From: Callorhinchus milii
Taxonomy: Eukaryota
Assembly (NCBI RefSeq): GCF_018977255.1
Contig: NW_024704743.1
Location: 81,470,001-81,534,000, forward strand
Reading direction: 5' to 3'
Length of the DNA stretch: 64,000 nt
Below, piece after piece: positions 35,931-49,605 of this stretch. The position numbers were made by a program, and so were the translations under genes. Under the pieces are notes generated by a model, which saw only the letters and a program-made list of their open reading frames with translations, ran no database searches and was not told the origin of the DNA. Every line of letters begins with the position of its first letter. Position 1 is the stretch's first letter.

Positions 35931-38900
35931 CAGTATTCGGTTCATATATACTCAATACATTCAAGCATATTCTTATACCTTGGGGAACAGTCACGCTTGT
36001 GATTTTTTTGCAATAAAAATGTAAGACAATGGACATTAAGGTTTCACAAACTGCTTGTTACATAATCTACACCAGCCCATAAGATCCAAGCCTTTTCATT
36101 GCATGTTTTCCATGTCATCTGCCTCTCATATGTCCTACAGATGAGATGGACACGGATGAGTAGGTTCAAGGTTGCATTGTGAGAGTGGTTCGTCTGACAT
36201 CTGAAAAACCATGGTAGGAATCAAATGGTAATTGATTGTCATTGATGATAGCTAATATTCTTTATAATTCACTGTTTAAAGTTGGGGAGGGGTATTTTTT
36301 ATGCATGTTTTGCTGGTGATAATCATGAGTATTTATCATATGGCCCATATGGTCTTCCCAAAAGGGTATTGATATCTTGTTAAGTCAATAAAAGGGTTTA
36401 ATAGTGTTATTAGTCTTTATATGCAGAATTTACCATAGTCCATATATTATATCACAATACTTAATATCTAAATAATCATTAAAGGCACATTAATGTATCA
36501 CTTTGTGTGCTACATGCTTAAATGTCATGAGAAAATATATATTTAACATGGTAATTTATCAATAAAAGCAGCAAATAATATAATTAATTTTTGGTGGGGG
36601 AATCAGAGCAGTCAAATTCATAACACCACAGAGAAATGTTAAGTTGTATGATTTAGTGGTGTATCAAAACCACTTACATTAAATCCTGCTGGCTTTCATA
36701 TTAACAGTGACACTCAGTCCACATGCTACAAAATGATTCTCCCATGGAGATTGGACTATCAACTCATTAGAAGTCACAGAAATTGTTTGCTATCTTCTTC
36801 CCAGTGCCTGTTAGTCTTTGGTATAACCCCATTTGAATGCTATTAACTTGAATTTTAAATCAAGCTTTTGATTCTAAAGATTTTGGCACACTTAGTTCCA
36901 TTATAACTGCAACAAAGCCTACAAAGCATTGCCTTATAATGGAAACTGCTCTTGAGCTACCTATTGTCAGCACTTAGAACGCAGGACGTCTATGATTATT
37001 TTCACTTCCTGCAACAGGCATGCTTAAAGTGGGGCTGTTGATCACGTGCCCAATTAATGGGCAGTTTCATGCCATGGATAACATGGGCCCAACACAATTT
37101 CATTGCAAGCTCTCAAAGCTGACATAGAAGAGCTTTTCCTGCCATTCGCTCTGCTGGAATCAAGCCCAGTTCTCAGAGATGAAGCAACAGTGTATTAGTC
37201 CTGCTGCATTACACAATTGTTGAGTGGTCTTTTGCACATATTAAACAGTCAAAATAATGCAACTTCAGCTACATGAAGGGAATGGTCTAGCCTGAAGCTG
37301 GGATTGATTAATATATGCAGTAACCTAATATTATGTAAAGTGCAGGATTTCCAAACACAATTAGTAAAGCTAGAGAAGATTTTGCTATTTGTTATTATTG
37401 AAACTGAGGTGTACTTTGTTTAACCTACAACTGTATTTTTCCTGTTTGCTTCAGTTTTCTAGCTCTGTGTTTCCTCTTTTGTATCTCTCATTCACACATT
37501 TTCTGACTTAACTATGGTCTTCACTATGTGTTGCATTGCTTACTGGAACCGTTTCTCTAATGTCTTCCACTTATTTTGCCTTGTTTCATTTTTGTTTCAT
37601 TTTACTAATGCTGTCTTGCCTGTCTAATCTGCTATTCTTTCTCCTGTGGAGGCAGAAAGCTGCACAACAGAAGGAGGCCATTCAGCCAATCCAGTCCGCA
37701 CCGGCTCACCGAGCAAGATCAATTCAATCCCATCATCCTGCCTTATTCCCATACTGCTCCAAGCACTCTCTTTCATATGCCGAAAAATGGAAATAGTCTT
37801 ACAAAAACCAGTACCAGAAAACTGACATCTCTTAGGCACTCACACAAGACCAGGATTTTTCTTTACAGCATTGCAAACCAAAAATGTACAACTCCAGTTG
37901 TTGTTGTTGGGCAAGGGGAATTGGGAGAAACAGCTGATAGTGTGGAATCATTGCAAAGCCATCCCACCCACTCACAACTCTGCACTGAAATAACACACTT
38001 GGCAATTGTCTGAAATACTTTCTTATTAAAGAAAAAATATTTTCTCAGGTGCAACAACAATATTGATTTTGTTTTACAAACTATGTGCTGGTGATTAAGG
38101 GCTTAGAAAATTTCTCATTCAATTTGCTAACAGTTTTCAATAAATTTCCATTCAAATAGATGACAGGCTGCCGGCTCCAATTCAGATACATTCTGCAAAG
38201 TTTAAATCAAAGCATATGGCTACATAATTTTTTTTTATAAATCTGCCTGAAACGTGGAACTTGTTACATTGATCAGGCCTGTTGTGACTCACTTTCAGGC
38301 ATCAGATTAAACGCAAAGATCTTGTGAATCTTACTCACTATTGTAAAATGAAATCATATCTTTGGCAATGGTACTATATTAGCAACTGAATTTGTATTTG
38401 GGCATAGCAGTGTGCAGTCACTATGCATTTTCTAATACGTACTCTTCCATGTGAAATGACAGCATTCGACTGGAAATTGTTACTGCGGGTATTTTTATTT
38501 TATAAACAAAATTAGTACAGTTGTAAATTAGAAATGTGGTTGTACTTGAAGAATCTCGTGTTCCCTAAAATGACTAGGGCACAGCCATTCAAATTGGAAT
38601 CTAAAAGAAATAAAGTGTCAAAAACGATACTGTATGTATCTTTCTCTGTATTTTAATGTAGCAAAATGTATTCATACTGTCTCAGTGCTTTTGCTATCTA
38701 TAGTTAGTGTGAGCAATTGGTCACTTGCGGTGGTACAAATGGAAGATGTTAGCTTATGTTCGGAATTGTGCACGCAGAGTTCCCACCATAGTAATATGTT
38801 TTAAATGGTCATTGATGAGTTTAGGTTGAATAAGGAGCTTTGAATTTGTAGAGATTCCACTCCTTGTTTATTTATAGTCTCTCGATTTTTCAAAATTAAA

Positions 38901-39112
38901 TGAACCCTTTTGTTAGCAAGTTGACAATTTCCCACCTTCTCCATTGTGCTGAATCTTTCCAGCATGATTTGTATTGCTATATGCGCGTATAAAAGAGAAC
39001 ATGCAAAACAATTTTGATGCAAGTCCAATTTTTAATCGCTGAAGCGATAAGAATATAGAAATGAGATGTGTGAACAGTTCAAGATGCTTCTCAGTTTGGT
39101 GTTTAAATGCAC

Positions 39113-39118
39113 TTTATT
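39113..39118 (-). promoter_or_regulatory. Candidate SNTB1 poly(A) signal about 2.9 kb after the stop
   Basis: tttatt on + is AATAAA on -; a second candidate lies at about 39371. Confidence 0.35.
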
Positions 39119-42021
39119 GCAAAGTGGGGGATGCAATTAACATAACTTTCCTGCACAACATATTTTTATTATGAAATTAGATTTTTTTGCACAATTCATG
39201 GTTATGAATTTGGAGATTGTATTTTGAACCAACATTGATTCATGCTTATTAGTATTCAAGAAAGCTGTTATCTCATAGAACCTTGCTGGTCATGTGCACT
39301 TATTCGGCTGATATGAGATGGCAAATCAATACACAGTACTGTATATGCAGGATGTGTGTGACACTGCACATTTTATTTCTACACTACACTGCGGAGGTCT
39401 TGTTAATTTATTACACTGTCTCCTAAAATTACAGAGTACAGTGGCTTTACTAGATTGCCTGCATATTAATATCTATGCATTTTGATGTACAGTCATGAAT
39501 GTGACTATAATTGCTTTAATGTATCAGGTCATTTTGTGTTCTCTTATTAAAATCTATCCAAATCTGGTCCTGCAATTATACCTAGTTCTACTGCTCCTAT
39601 TTTGGTCTGCAGTTTTCTTATAATAATCCTTGCATTTGATATGGTGGTGTGACTGTTTGTGGTCAAAAGTGTCAGTCAATATCTGCACAGCACCGTTTGC
39701 ACTGTGTCTTCCAAATTCAAATTGTAAAAGATAATCCCAACATTTAGCTCATTCCTCAGTTACATGTTTGTGTTTGTTCCAACCCAGCCACCATCTCACC
39801 TCCCCTGAACCATAGCACCACAAAGTGCATGTGGAGATGATGGTTTGCAGGTTTACAGTCTGCAACACATAATAGTTTGACAGTTCAGCCAAACTAAAGA
39901 AACAGCTGGTCTGCCTTTCTAACTTTGACAAATGAAACCACACCCAGGTCTATGTGAAGCATATTTAGTCTAGAAAGAACAAAACTTATATTAGAAATGA
40001 TTCCCCCTGTGCAGCATGTGCTTTCAAATACAGAGGCAGCCTATTGCCTGAATTCAAACAACTGACTTAAATCCATTCAGACCTACATTTAAATTTCTGA
40101 TTGTTAGGAAAACATTGCATTTCAAAACTTCTCCACTGAAAACCTTAACAATGAAAAGCAATCTTGTGAAATCAGTAAATGATTAGTCAGTCTGCTTAAG
40201 AAAATATGCCTTGGTGCCTCACTTGTTTTAAATTATACTTTTTTAAACAAAAAGTGTTCTTGTGCTCCCTGGCAGTAAACGCTGATGAGTTGGCGACAAT
40301 TTAATTGTTTTTAAGATCTAAGGAGAGTAACTGCAGTACTATTGAAGGCACGGCTTCCTCAAGCTCTGCAGCTCGGACACCAGCAGAAAACAATGAACCT
40401 ATGCCTCAGCTGGGACCTTTTCTGAGGAAAGCTTTTCAACCCATTGGGCATTGTCTTATTAGACGGTAAGAAACAGAGACATAGATTTTACCAAGTAAAG
40501 TATACTTTAGGCTTATAAATGATAGAATCATAGAGGCAAAATATGTAGTACAGTATCAATTAACCTTTGTTAATCTACGCAAGGAGCTTGTTAAGAAACA
40601 TCACAAATGTCACCTTGTTACTTAATTAATGTCACCCTTACCTTTTCTCACCCCAGGCTCCTATTCCCCTATATCCAGCTTGCCCAGGTCAGCTTGCTTG
40701 CCAGTGAAAAACACAAGAGGAAACCTGCTTTACTTTCCTTCTTTCGGCTCAGTACATAGTTCTATCTCCATTTAAGGAGTTTTACCTTGGGGAAGCCCTT
40801 ATTCTGAGTTAAAATTCCTAACACAGACTTGTTGGAAGTAATTGTGGAGGATCATGTCCCAATCAAACTAAATGAACCCACGTTATAATGAAGCACTGTA
40901 TAAGCACCTTATTATAATTTATAAAGGGGTTCCACTATACACAAAATCAGTTTCCTGACTTTGTTTCCATAGGCAAGCATCCAGGTGACCAGAAACTAAC
41001 TGAAATGTCCTTAACTAACCAGGAAGGTTTTTTTATTAAGCAACAGGAAGAATTTTGCAGTGTTCTTTAACACATTCCTTATGTTAATTAAGGCATGGAA
41101 TGGGTAAAGCAATATTGCAATTTTGACCCTAAAGTTAAAACCAGAAGATATCATGATACAGCAGTAATGTGAGGCCCCGCAATTTTATGGTATGTTCATC
41201 AACCAGCCCTGTTCAAGAGTAACAAACATGGTTGAAACATTACTGTTTTCAGAGTTGTTGCTTCAGGGAAAGAGCAAGGAATTGGGACTGAAGTATTTAG
41301 CTCCAGTGCAGGAGCTAGTACCAGCATAGGTTCGATGGGCCACATAGTCCCTTCTCTATAATGAAATTTGTATGTTTCTATTCAAAGTAAATCCTGCTTG
41401 AAAAACAAGCACATTACACTGAAACAAGATTCTTTATATACGAGATACTGTTGGAACTTCACAGCTTTTCACTGACTGGGAAATACTATTATTATGATGT
41501 TCCCCTCCTGCTCAGCTATAAGATAGTGCGAAAAGGTTCCAAAAACCAGTGCATGTTTATAACGTGATTTTTTTTCAGAAATAAGATCTCATTTATAATA
41601 GCTGTAAAATGAACAAACAGATTTTTGCCTCATCACAGTGGCACAGACCTGCATTTCACGTTATATTTTACATCAGATTAGATAGGAATCTGTCACAACA
41701 TTACACAAATGGAACTGCTGTATTTTTTTCCTGAATCCATTGAAGTCATATTACTGGTGGTACCAACAGGGATAGTAAAAGCTAATAGACCAGTAAATTC
41801 AGCAGCTGTATAAAACAAAGCAACATTTCTCAAGTTACAAAAGCAGAAAACTGCCTTTAAAAATTAATTTCAAATTGTTACAAATTTCTCGCTATTAAAT
41901 AGACTATTGGTCTGATTGTGTTAAATATCGCCATTGTACAGGTATCTCTGACTGATTATGTACCAGCCATATAAGGTAAACCTTCTGGAAAATTCTCCTT
42001 CATTGTGCAGTTACTCCCATT

Positions 42022-42114
42022 TCACGCAAGTAGACCCAGCCGTGCTATTTTTGCTGAAAGGAAGGAATGGATGATGAAAACAATTGGCTTCGGACATGAA
42101 TGGAGATCTATTTG
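42022..42114 (-). CDS. SNTB1: SNTB1 last coding exon, [34 protein letters not shown] (syntrophin-unique domain)
   Basis: Minus-strand ttccag| acceptor, 93 nt, phase 0, TGA stop. Diagnostic syntrophin SU C-terminus. Confidence 0.96.
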   Translation of the reverse strand, partial: QIDLHSCPKPIVFIIHSFLSAKIARLGLLA

Positions 42115-42761
42115 CTGGAAGGAGGAAACAAAAGCAAAGATTCAACATACTGATACTTTAAACTGAAGGTTTCGTTGTTGGTGCAGAAAGATATTAAAAA
42201 GCAGGGATCTGGATTTTTGTTTTAGCCTCTGATCAACTGTTTCAGAACTGTAACTGCTTTCAATACAGATATAAGTTGCAATTAGCCACAGTCACTTCAT
42301 AACGGAAGGAACTGTAACACAGTATTCATAGTTTGAATGCAGTATAAGACTGTATGCCCCTTAATAACTGACAAAGTACTAGTTCCTCTAAATTTCTGCA
42401 AAACAACACTTTTTAATAAGAACAGGAAATGAAACTCCATGCTACTGTTGTCAAGCATCTTACTTTGCATTTACTTATAGTTCTGACCTCGGAGGCTTCG
42501 GAATGTGTGAATTTCTTGTTATTTAGCATTTTTTTTACATTTAGAAAAAATATTTTTTTCTCTAATTTTTCCCCCACTGGCTTGTTATGCCTATACTCTG
42601 CCCAAGTGGCCATTGTTATGTGTGAACAGTGAGTGTTAGCAGGCCATATAATCATTAAAGGCATCATAGCCATGCCTGACTTCTCGACACATGCACACAA
42701 CCAGTGGAGGAAACTGAAGAGGGACCAGGAGCAGGAAGCCTGTCTGGATTTCTCCTCCTCC

Positions 42762-42984
42762 ATAATAATAATAATCATCCTTGCATTTGATATAGTGCTT
42801 TTCACGTCTTCTAGAAGTCTCAAAGCGCTTCACACTGTAAAGTGAATTGACTGTATCTTTCTGCGGACGAGACGCGGCAGCCAACTGCGCACAGCAGTGC
42901 CCCAAACAGTCATGGATTGAAGTGACGAATTTATTATTATTTTTTTCTTAAGGGATTATTATCAGGCAGGTGGAGTAAGGAAAC
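42762..42984 (-). mobile_element. tRNA-SINE 3' part
   Basis: (TAA)n tail and shared body. Confidence 0.85.
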
Positions 42985-43124
42985 CTGGGACAATTTAGCC
43001 ACTCTCATGTAACTCTGGTTGAAACCATTAAACTCAGCAAGGGCCAAGAGTTGAAACAATGATCGCCTGGTCTGAAAACTGCAGCTCTATCCTTTACACA
43101 ATCAAGGCAGTCCTTATTGTTGGA

Positions 43125-43550
43125 ATATTATTGTAATCAGAAGGTCATGGCCATGTTGTGACTTTAAGCTTGCAGTGTAGGGTGACACCCTGGGACAGTG
43201 TGTGGGGGGAGTGCTATATTGTTAGAGATGCTTTCCTTGGCATGAGATGTTTAAATTAGGTCACATAGAGCTGACAAGTCCCCAAGTAGGATTTGCCTCA
43301 GGGCAAGAGCCAACGCCCACTCTCGGGTCCCAAGCCTTGGCTCTTGCCAATCTGTGCCTGATACTTTCCGGAATTATGTAAGCAGGATGAGTCCCTCCAG
43401 GGAGAGAGTGCGCATTCCGTTCCAACAATCTATCTCTAGGATTTCCATGTGTAGGTGGGATGCATGGAAATTTCAGTTTGGTTTGGATACTTTTAAGCAT
43501 GGTGATGGGTTTCCGCATGTGTCAGTCACCTGGCTGATGAAAAACATAAA
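43125..43550 (+). mobile_element. DeuSINE-like head followed by unidentified repeat copy B
   Basis: tagggtgacacc...gggagtgctatattgttagagatgc...atgagatgtttaaa (Deu-like), then ggtcccaagccttggctcttgcc. Confidence 0.6.
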
Positions 43551-43778
43551 GTGCTACCAGCTGAGCCAAGTTGATACCCAACCTGCTACAATAAGGAACG
43601 TATATAATGTGGTCTATAATTTTAGCAATTGCATACTACTGTCTACTCCTATTTAGAATGATGTTGCTTGCACTGTCCAGTCTGAGTCGTAATTTTTTCT
43701 ATTACATGGAACTGATTGGTATAATACAGAAAATATTATTTTATTTATATCAACATTTTAGTCATATAAAGTACTTAC

Positions 43779-43969
43779 AATGTCTCCGTCCCTTCCTCCA
43801 AAGTCCAGATAGAGCATGCGGACACCATCATCTGATGAGTTTTTCAGTTTCTCAAAAGAATATTGCCAAATCAGTTTTGGCGAACTTACTTCTGGAGCTT
43901 CTTTTAAGATAGAGAAGCCATTTTCATAATGAATGGCCAAACGGCACTCCTGAGTCCTGTATGTACACG
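43779..43969 (-). CDS. SNTB1: SNTB1 exon 6, CTYRTQECRLAIHYENGFSIL...YSFEKLKNSSDDGVRMLYLDFGGRDGDI
   Basis: acag| acceptor, |GTAAGT donor, 191 nt, phase 1/0. Carries the SSDDG.R.LYLDFGG motif. Confidence 0.95.
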
Positions 43970-44524
43970 CTGTGAGACAAAGAATAAACAGTTCTAAATA
44001 CTCATACTCAAGACCAGACCTCCATGAATGGTGCACAGGTCTATGATATTTATGTTACAATAATATATACTATACTGTACAGGCTTCGTTGCAGCCTCAG
44101 ATTTTTTTTATGGCTTGCAAGATGGAATCATGTATTTATTCTATTCCTCCTCTCACAAATATAACAAAATACACTTAACCCAACTGGACAGACCAACTCA
44201 GCACCAAACAAACATTTCACCTCTGGCCATCAGCTCCTGCACATATACTAAAATTGACGTCAAAATAGAGTTTAGCTTTTCCCTCAAAAGAGCACAGTTC
44301 AGGATTTTAATTGTAAATGTTATGTCTTCTCTTTTAGCAACAAGAATTTTAAATGTTAGCATATCAAACAGGCCCTTTGGGTTCTGTGCAATCCTGGGAA
44401 CTTATGCCTGTGCGTTCACATTCACATAAGGGAGCTTGAGGGAACAAAATTCAGTGTAAGGAATAGGCAGGTTAGGATGGGACTGAAAATGAGATACACA
44501 GCTGATGAGGAAAGCTTCTGAATC

Positions 44525-44900
44525 AACAATTTGCACTTATGGCATTATTTACACAAAATAATATCTCAAGGCAATGGCTTGCCTGGTAGTATGAGAAGGA
44601 GCTGTTGATAAATATTGACCAAAGGTACAGTCAAAGGGATAGGTTTTCAGGAAAGTTTTGAAGGCAGAGAGAGAGTGTTAGGCAAAGGGATTTGGGGAGA
44701 GAGATCCAGAGAGTGAGACACTGTAGATGAAAGCTTGGCCACTAATGGCAGAACATGGATGAAACAGGTACAGCTGGCCAGAAATGGCGGAATAGATCGT
44801 GTCAGTGGAGATTAGGTGGAGGAGATTGCAAATGTAGAGTGAGGCACCAGGGAATATGAAGGTTTTAGGACAAGGATCTTTACGTTATCTGATGCAGAAG
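44525..44900 (-). mobile_element. Very old L2 3' fragment
   Basis: caacaatttgcacttat...ggttttcaggaaagttttgaagg...gagatccagag...ggacaaggatctt. Confidence 0.6.
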
Positions 44901-45145
44901 TGACATGGAGCTGTGTGATACTGGTAAAACATATCTGTTGTACACATGTACAAAGTTGCATACATGAGTACAAGGTTACTAAGAATGAGATTTCACTACA
45001 ATGTGCAGCTAAATGACACATGCACACTACTTTGCACATGCGCACACCCAGATTTTATTTGCCAGTAGTGCAAAAGTAACTGTTCATACGATTGTATGGT
45101 ATGCTGTTTGAATCAGAAAACCAGACAGACATAAAGTTACAGAAA

Positions 45146-45245
45146 GTGAGAGAAAGTGAGAGAGATTCAGAGACAAAGCGATTCAGAGAGAGAGAGATGG
45201 GCAGAGTAATAGAGAAAGAAAGGTAAGAGAGAGGGTCAGAGAGAC
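45146..45245. repeat. (GA)n-rich low-complexity tract
   Basis: Direct reading. Confidence 0.7.
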
Positions 45246-46523
45246 TGTTCTGTTCTACTTTTTCTAGTTTATTTCATCACTTTAATGCAGGTAAATCTGA
45301 TCGTAGGAATATCAGTACATGACGTGTGGAGCAAAATGCTCAGTAACAATCAGTGAAATTTTCAAAATGCCAAAGCACTGTGTGCTAGATTCTGAAGCTG
45401 CTTCTATAACCACATCTCAGTTTAAATGCTAATCGTAATAGAAGATTAGCAATTCTTTTCATCTTATTGAACAGTGTGACAAGCAGGTAAAATGTCAGCC
45501 CTTCAACTCGAGCCATTTTCACAGAAGACACCTGACCACAACTGAATAATAACAGTGTATGTATTGGCTCTCCCTACGGTTGTCTTCCCATTACCAACAT
45601 CACATGCTGCTTCCAATTTCATCGTGCGTCCTTCGATCTTCTTTTAAAATAAATCCTATGCCTACTGGCCAATGTTTCCTTTGGTTGTCATTAAAGTGAC
45701 CGCATTCCTTCCATTGTATTGATAAAACTGTGCATGAAACTGACCACAAATAAGGCTGATTAATTGCAGATAGCTCTGGGAGGATTTGTTTGAATGTATT
45801 TGATAAACGGTATTGTGTATGTCAACCGTGCCTTTTTATTCTGGGATTCCCCTGTATTAATCCTTTTGTAGCTACCTCCCATTGCAGGCTGTGACTGACT
45901 AAGTGACCAACAATCAGCACTTCACCAGGGAGGGCCTGGCTCAAAGGCAGTTCAGCAGATCGCTCACAGGACTGATAAGCTACAGAGTTGCCAGGACATG
46001 ATGGTCGACACTGGTTTCATTTCCCACTTGTTTGTAAATTAGTGTTCATCATGTTAGTTGCCTGGGATTACAAAATAACGGTGACAGCGACACTGTTGCA
46101 TGACCACCAGCAAAAGCACTCACAACGGACCACAGACTCGATCAGAGCTGAAGGCTTTGGATGCTGGATGCTGAGCAGGAATCGTCTAGACAAAGCACTC
46201 TCTATATCGCAGGCACTTTGCTGGTGGTCTCACAGCAGCTAGAGAGTTTCACGTCTTGGCACTTCCCTTTCTCTCCAACCTGCTTACTCTCCACTCTATC
46301 ACCCGTCGCCTCCACAGGCTCTGTTTCAGAACTCTCAACCTCAATCCCTCTGTCTTGTCCACTCCTTCCCTATTTTCGGATCATGTTTGAATACCTTCCC
46401 CTTCGACCGCTAAATAAATGCAAGTTGTTGTTCCTGCTCCTACCACATTGTCTACCAACTGGATGCCATATACACCCACCACTGGACGGTCAGAGTCAGA
46501 TATGTACCCACTACTGGACAGAA

Positions 46524-46598
46524 AGTATTCTGTGAAGCACTTTGGGACGTCTAGAAGATGTGAAAAGCGCTATATCAAATGCAAGGATTATTATTATT
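46524..46598 (+). mobile_element. SINE 3' tail
   Basis: ttctgtgaagcactttgggacgtctagaagatgtgaaaagcgctatatcaaatgcaaggattatt. Confidence 0.85.
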
Positions 46599-46725
46599 AA
46601 ATGAGTACTTTGAAAGGTAATGATGAGCGCTAAGAATGGGATAACAGACTCAGCAGCCAAATGAATTTCACCTTGCGGTGGTCACCACTGTCAAGCTTCA
46701 ATCTTTCACTCTAATGGATACTCAC

Positions 46726-46922
46726 TAGTTGTAATTTCTTTAATTAGTTCTGCTGCTTTGTGGCAGCCCTGCACGATCTGCCGTGTCCAGCTGGACAGGC
46801 TGGAGTTGCTCTCCACGCGGAAGAGATGCGTTTCGATGCCTTGCCGTGTCCCGGTGCGAGTGGCAAAGGATAGCTCCATACCCAGCTGTGGTGATGCCTT
46901 TCCTGCACCAGAATGAACCAAC
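46726..46922 (-). CDS. SNTB1: SNTB1 exon 5, LVHSGAGKASPQLGMELSFATRTGTRQGIETHLFRVE...WTRQIVQGCHKAAELIKEITT (PH2)
   Basis: gcag| acceptor, |GTGAGT donor, 197 nt, phase 2/1. Confidence 0.95.
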
Positions 46923-47062
46923 CTGCAGAAAACACACACTTGAGTAAATGAAAGCTCATGATTGGAGCAACATGATTTATTGAATTGAATCAATTTTACC
47001 CTTTGGAGAGTGCTTGGTGGAGCTTTTGCCTAAATGGAGCCTGCGGTTCACAATTCTCCCTT

Positions 47063-47127
47063 TCAGCGCCTTGGGACGTCCTCCTGACGTGAAAGGCGCT
47101 TTATAAATGGAATCTTGTTGTTGTTGT
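47063..47127 (+). mobile_element. Minimal young L2 tail (65 bp)
   Basis: Identical to the terminal ~64 nt of the copies at 19915-20083 and 61336-62298. Confidence 0.9.
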
Positions 47128-49104
47128 AAACTGCTGTGAACAAGCCTTTTATCAGCACACTTGCAACACGGGGTGGATGTGGTAGTCACCCTCTCCAATC
47201 TGATTTCCTACCCACTAGTGCTCCTTTCTGGATCCTTGGGGCACAGAATAGAACTGAGTGCTGTGGCCCCAGTATCACCACACTGCCTGAGACCTCATAT
47301 TTCGGGATCAGTCTCAAGATAGCAGTGAATGGCGCTACATCAAATGCAAGGATTATTATTTATTATTACAAAGTCAGTCCAAGCACTGTTCCCTGCAAAT
47401 ACTGGGTTGACTATTGCTACTTTTAAATCTACCACTGCACGGATCTCAGTATTTCAGTCCATCTGGCAGAATACCTACTTAATTCAAGTTTTCAGAACAA
47501 CCCCAATTTGGATTGATATAGCGTTCTTCACGTGGCTCAAAGCGCTGACATTGTTCTCCTGCAGCCATTATCCCCAGGACATCTCCAGCAGTGGTATGTT
47601 CAACATTGTGATAATCACACACCCTTCTTTTTTGTTGGGAGGGGTAACATTTGGGCCTTTTTATACGAATGAAACCAATGTATTTGTCAAGAGCTTTTCA
47701 ATCAAATCTCCCTTAAACATGTTGCAAGCTCTCAGTGACACATTCCTTGCATGAAGGCGAAATGTATAAATGCAAGTTGTTGTTAGGTAAGATGCAGAGG
47801 AGATGGTATTTACTACAGCTTCATGAACTGTAGTGATTGGGTTAAGGCTCTGTATTGACCTCACTCTTGTTCTCAACGGGGAGAAAAAGCAAGTCACTTC
47901 CTTGGGCTGGATCAGAATTTAAAGGAATTTTAAACATATTGTTCTATTTACAGATCTTTATCACAACAGTTTTTTCAATACGCACATAATATAAATGACA
48001 GATGTGAAGTTCACGACATCTGAAAGCTCCAGGCTGACTGGTATTTAAGACAAGTGTACTTTTGTTTAACACTGCAAGCTCGGCAACAGAAGAGCCTCAC
48101 ATTGAAAGAATGAAAGTTTGTGTCTCACTTGTAATTGATTTGACTTGGCAAATTCATATTAGCACACGGAGCAGAATTCCAAACAGCTGAGAGATTGTGC
48201 TGTTCGGCTTCAATAATCTAGCAATAACATGACTCATTATTAGCACTGTCATTTTGTCATGGGAATATTTTATTAACTTAATAGCTCAGTCACAGCATAA
48301 TTCTCCCAATTACACAGTCTGTCGTGGAACCTGTTTACAAGTAGAAATTTCTGCTCTCTGTGTTGCACAGTGACCTCCATTACACACCCCGGGGGAGAAA
48401 TCCTGCACACAACCCATTTATCAACTTCATGTTATGCCAGTTTATATGGGTCTCTGGAATACAGTAACTCTCATGTCATCATTGCTCATTCACTTATTTA
48501 CTTAACAGTGAGATTAAATCTTCCTTCCTCTTTACTCTCTTGTTCTTTCTTAGGTGCGAGTGCAGATTCACTCCCACTCCTCCTACAATGGTGTTCTGTA
48601 ACCATTTAACGTGGGGGTGGGGGAGAGGGGGTAGAGGAAAGACTTTCCTCTTTCTGTGATAAGTACCTTCCCATTGACAGTGGAGGACAATAACTCAACA
48701 CATGAATTACCTTGGATCCTATCACTTCACCACTCTGAAGTTGTCCAGTTCCTTACTGTTACACTTTCCTTACCCCCCCCCCCACCGTCCCCCTACCCAT
48801 CCCACTTTCTTCCCTCTTCATTCCTGCTGATTCTTACTAGGTATGGATCCGCAGTACCTTGCAGTTACTCACCAGTGGCCACCTGTCATTCGTGAGCCAA
48901 GGCAGTGATTGTCGGCAGGCTATGCTTCCGCAAGCTGATAATTACTGAACCCAATTCTATTCTCAAGATATCCAGACACATGCATTTTCTCTGAGCGGGT
49001 CACTGCATTAATGATCAGGTTTGGGAACTTTGTCTGATTTTCCCTCGAATTCTGGAGCATGGAGGTCAATAGTAGTATTGCTACTGCTGCATGAAATATT
49101 GATC

Positions 49105-49158
49105 TTTATCTGTATGGTAATCACCTGTTTATCTGTATGGTAATCACCTATGGTAATC
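49105..49158. repeat. 23-bp tandem duplication
   Basis: tttatctgtatggtaatcacctg x2 plus a partial unit. Confidence 0.85.
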
Positions 49159-49264
49159 TCAAGTAATCATCTGTTGCATTAATGTTATTAGAATGAACAT
49201 AGTCTATACTGTCTGCAATAGCAGCCAGCAATTACCTGGGAATTATCACTTAATAAACATACCA

Positions 49265-49605
49265 TGACCAATAATCTGCATGAGATGTTAAACATGTCTG
49301 CCTGTTCAGTTGCATATTAAAGTTCTCACATTTAAAAAGAAAAGGGAGTTTCTCCCAGTGTCCTGACCATCAATCCAAATACAATTGGTCCTTCACCTCA
49401 TGGCTGTTGGTGGAACATTACTGTGGACAAACTAGCTGCCTCATTTGCCTTCCAATACACAGTCACAACACTTTACATTAAATCCCGTGGTGTGTTTGAG
49501 AATCCTCCCACTGTAAAAGGCACTTATTATGCTTGCATTGTAACAATAATCCTTGCATTTTGATATAGCTATCGCCTTTCACGTTGGGAGGAGTCTCAAA
49601 AAACA
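49265..49605. mobile_element. Old DeuSINE-like 3' half (+) and SINE tail (-)
   Basis: atgagatgttaaac...gggagtttctcccagtgtcctgacca, followed by aataatccttgcatttt. Confidence 0.55.

Noticed and set aside
43530..43560. ctgatga...aaa as a hammerhead ribozyme core
   Set aside because: No matching stem II/GAAA and cleavage triplet arrangement, and the motif is not conserved in copy D (ctgacca).
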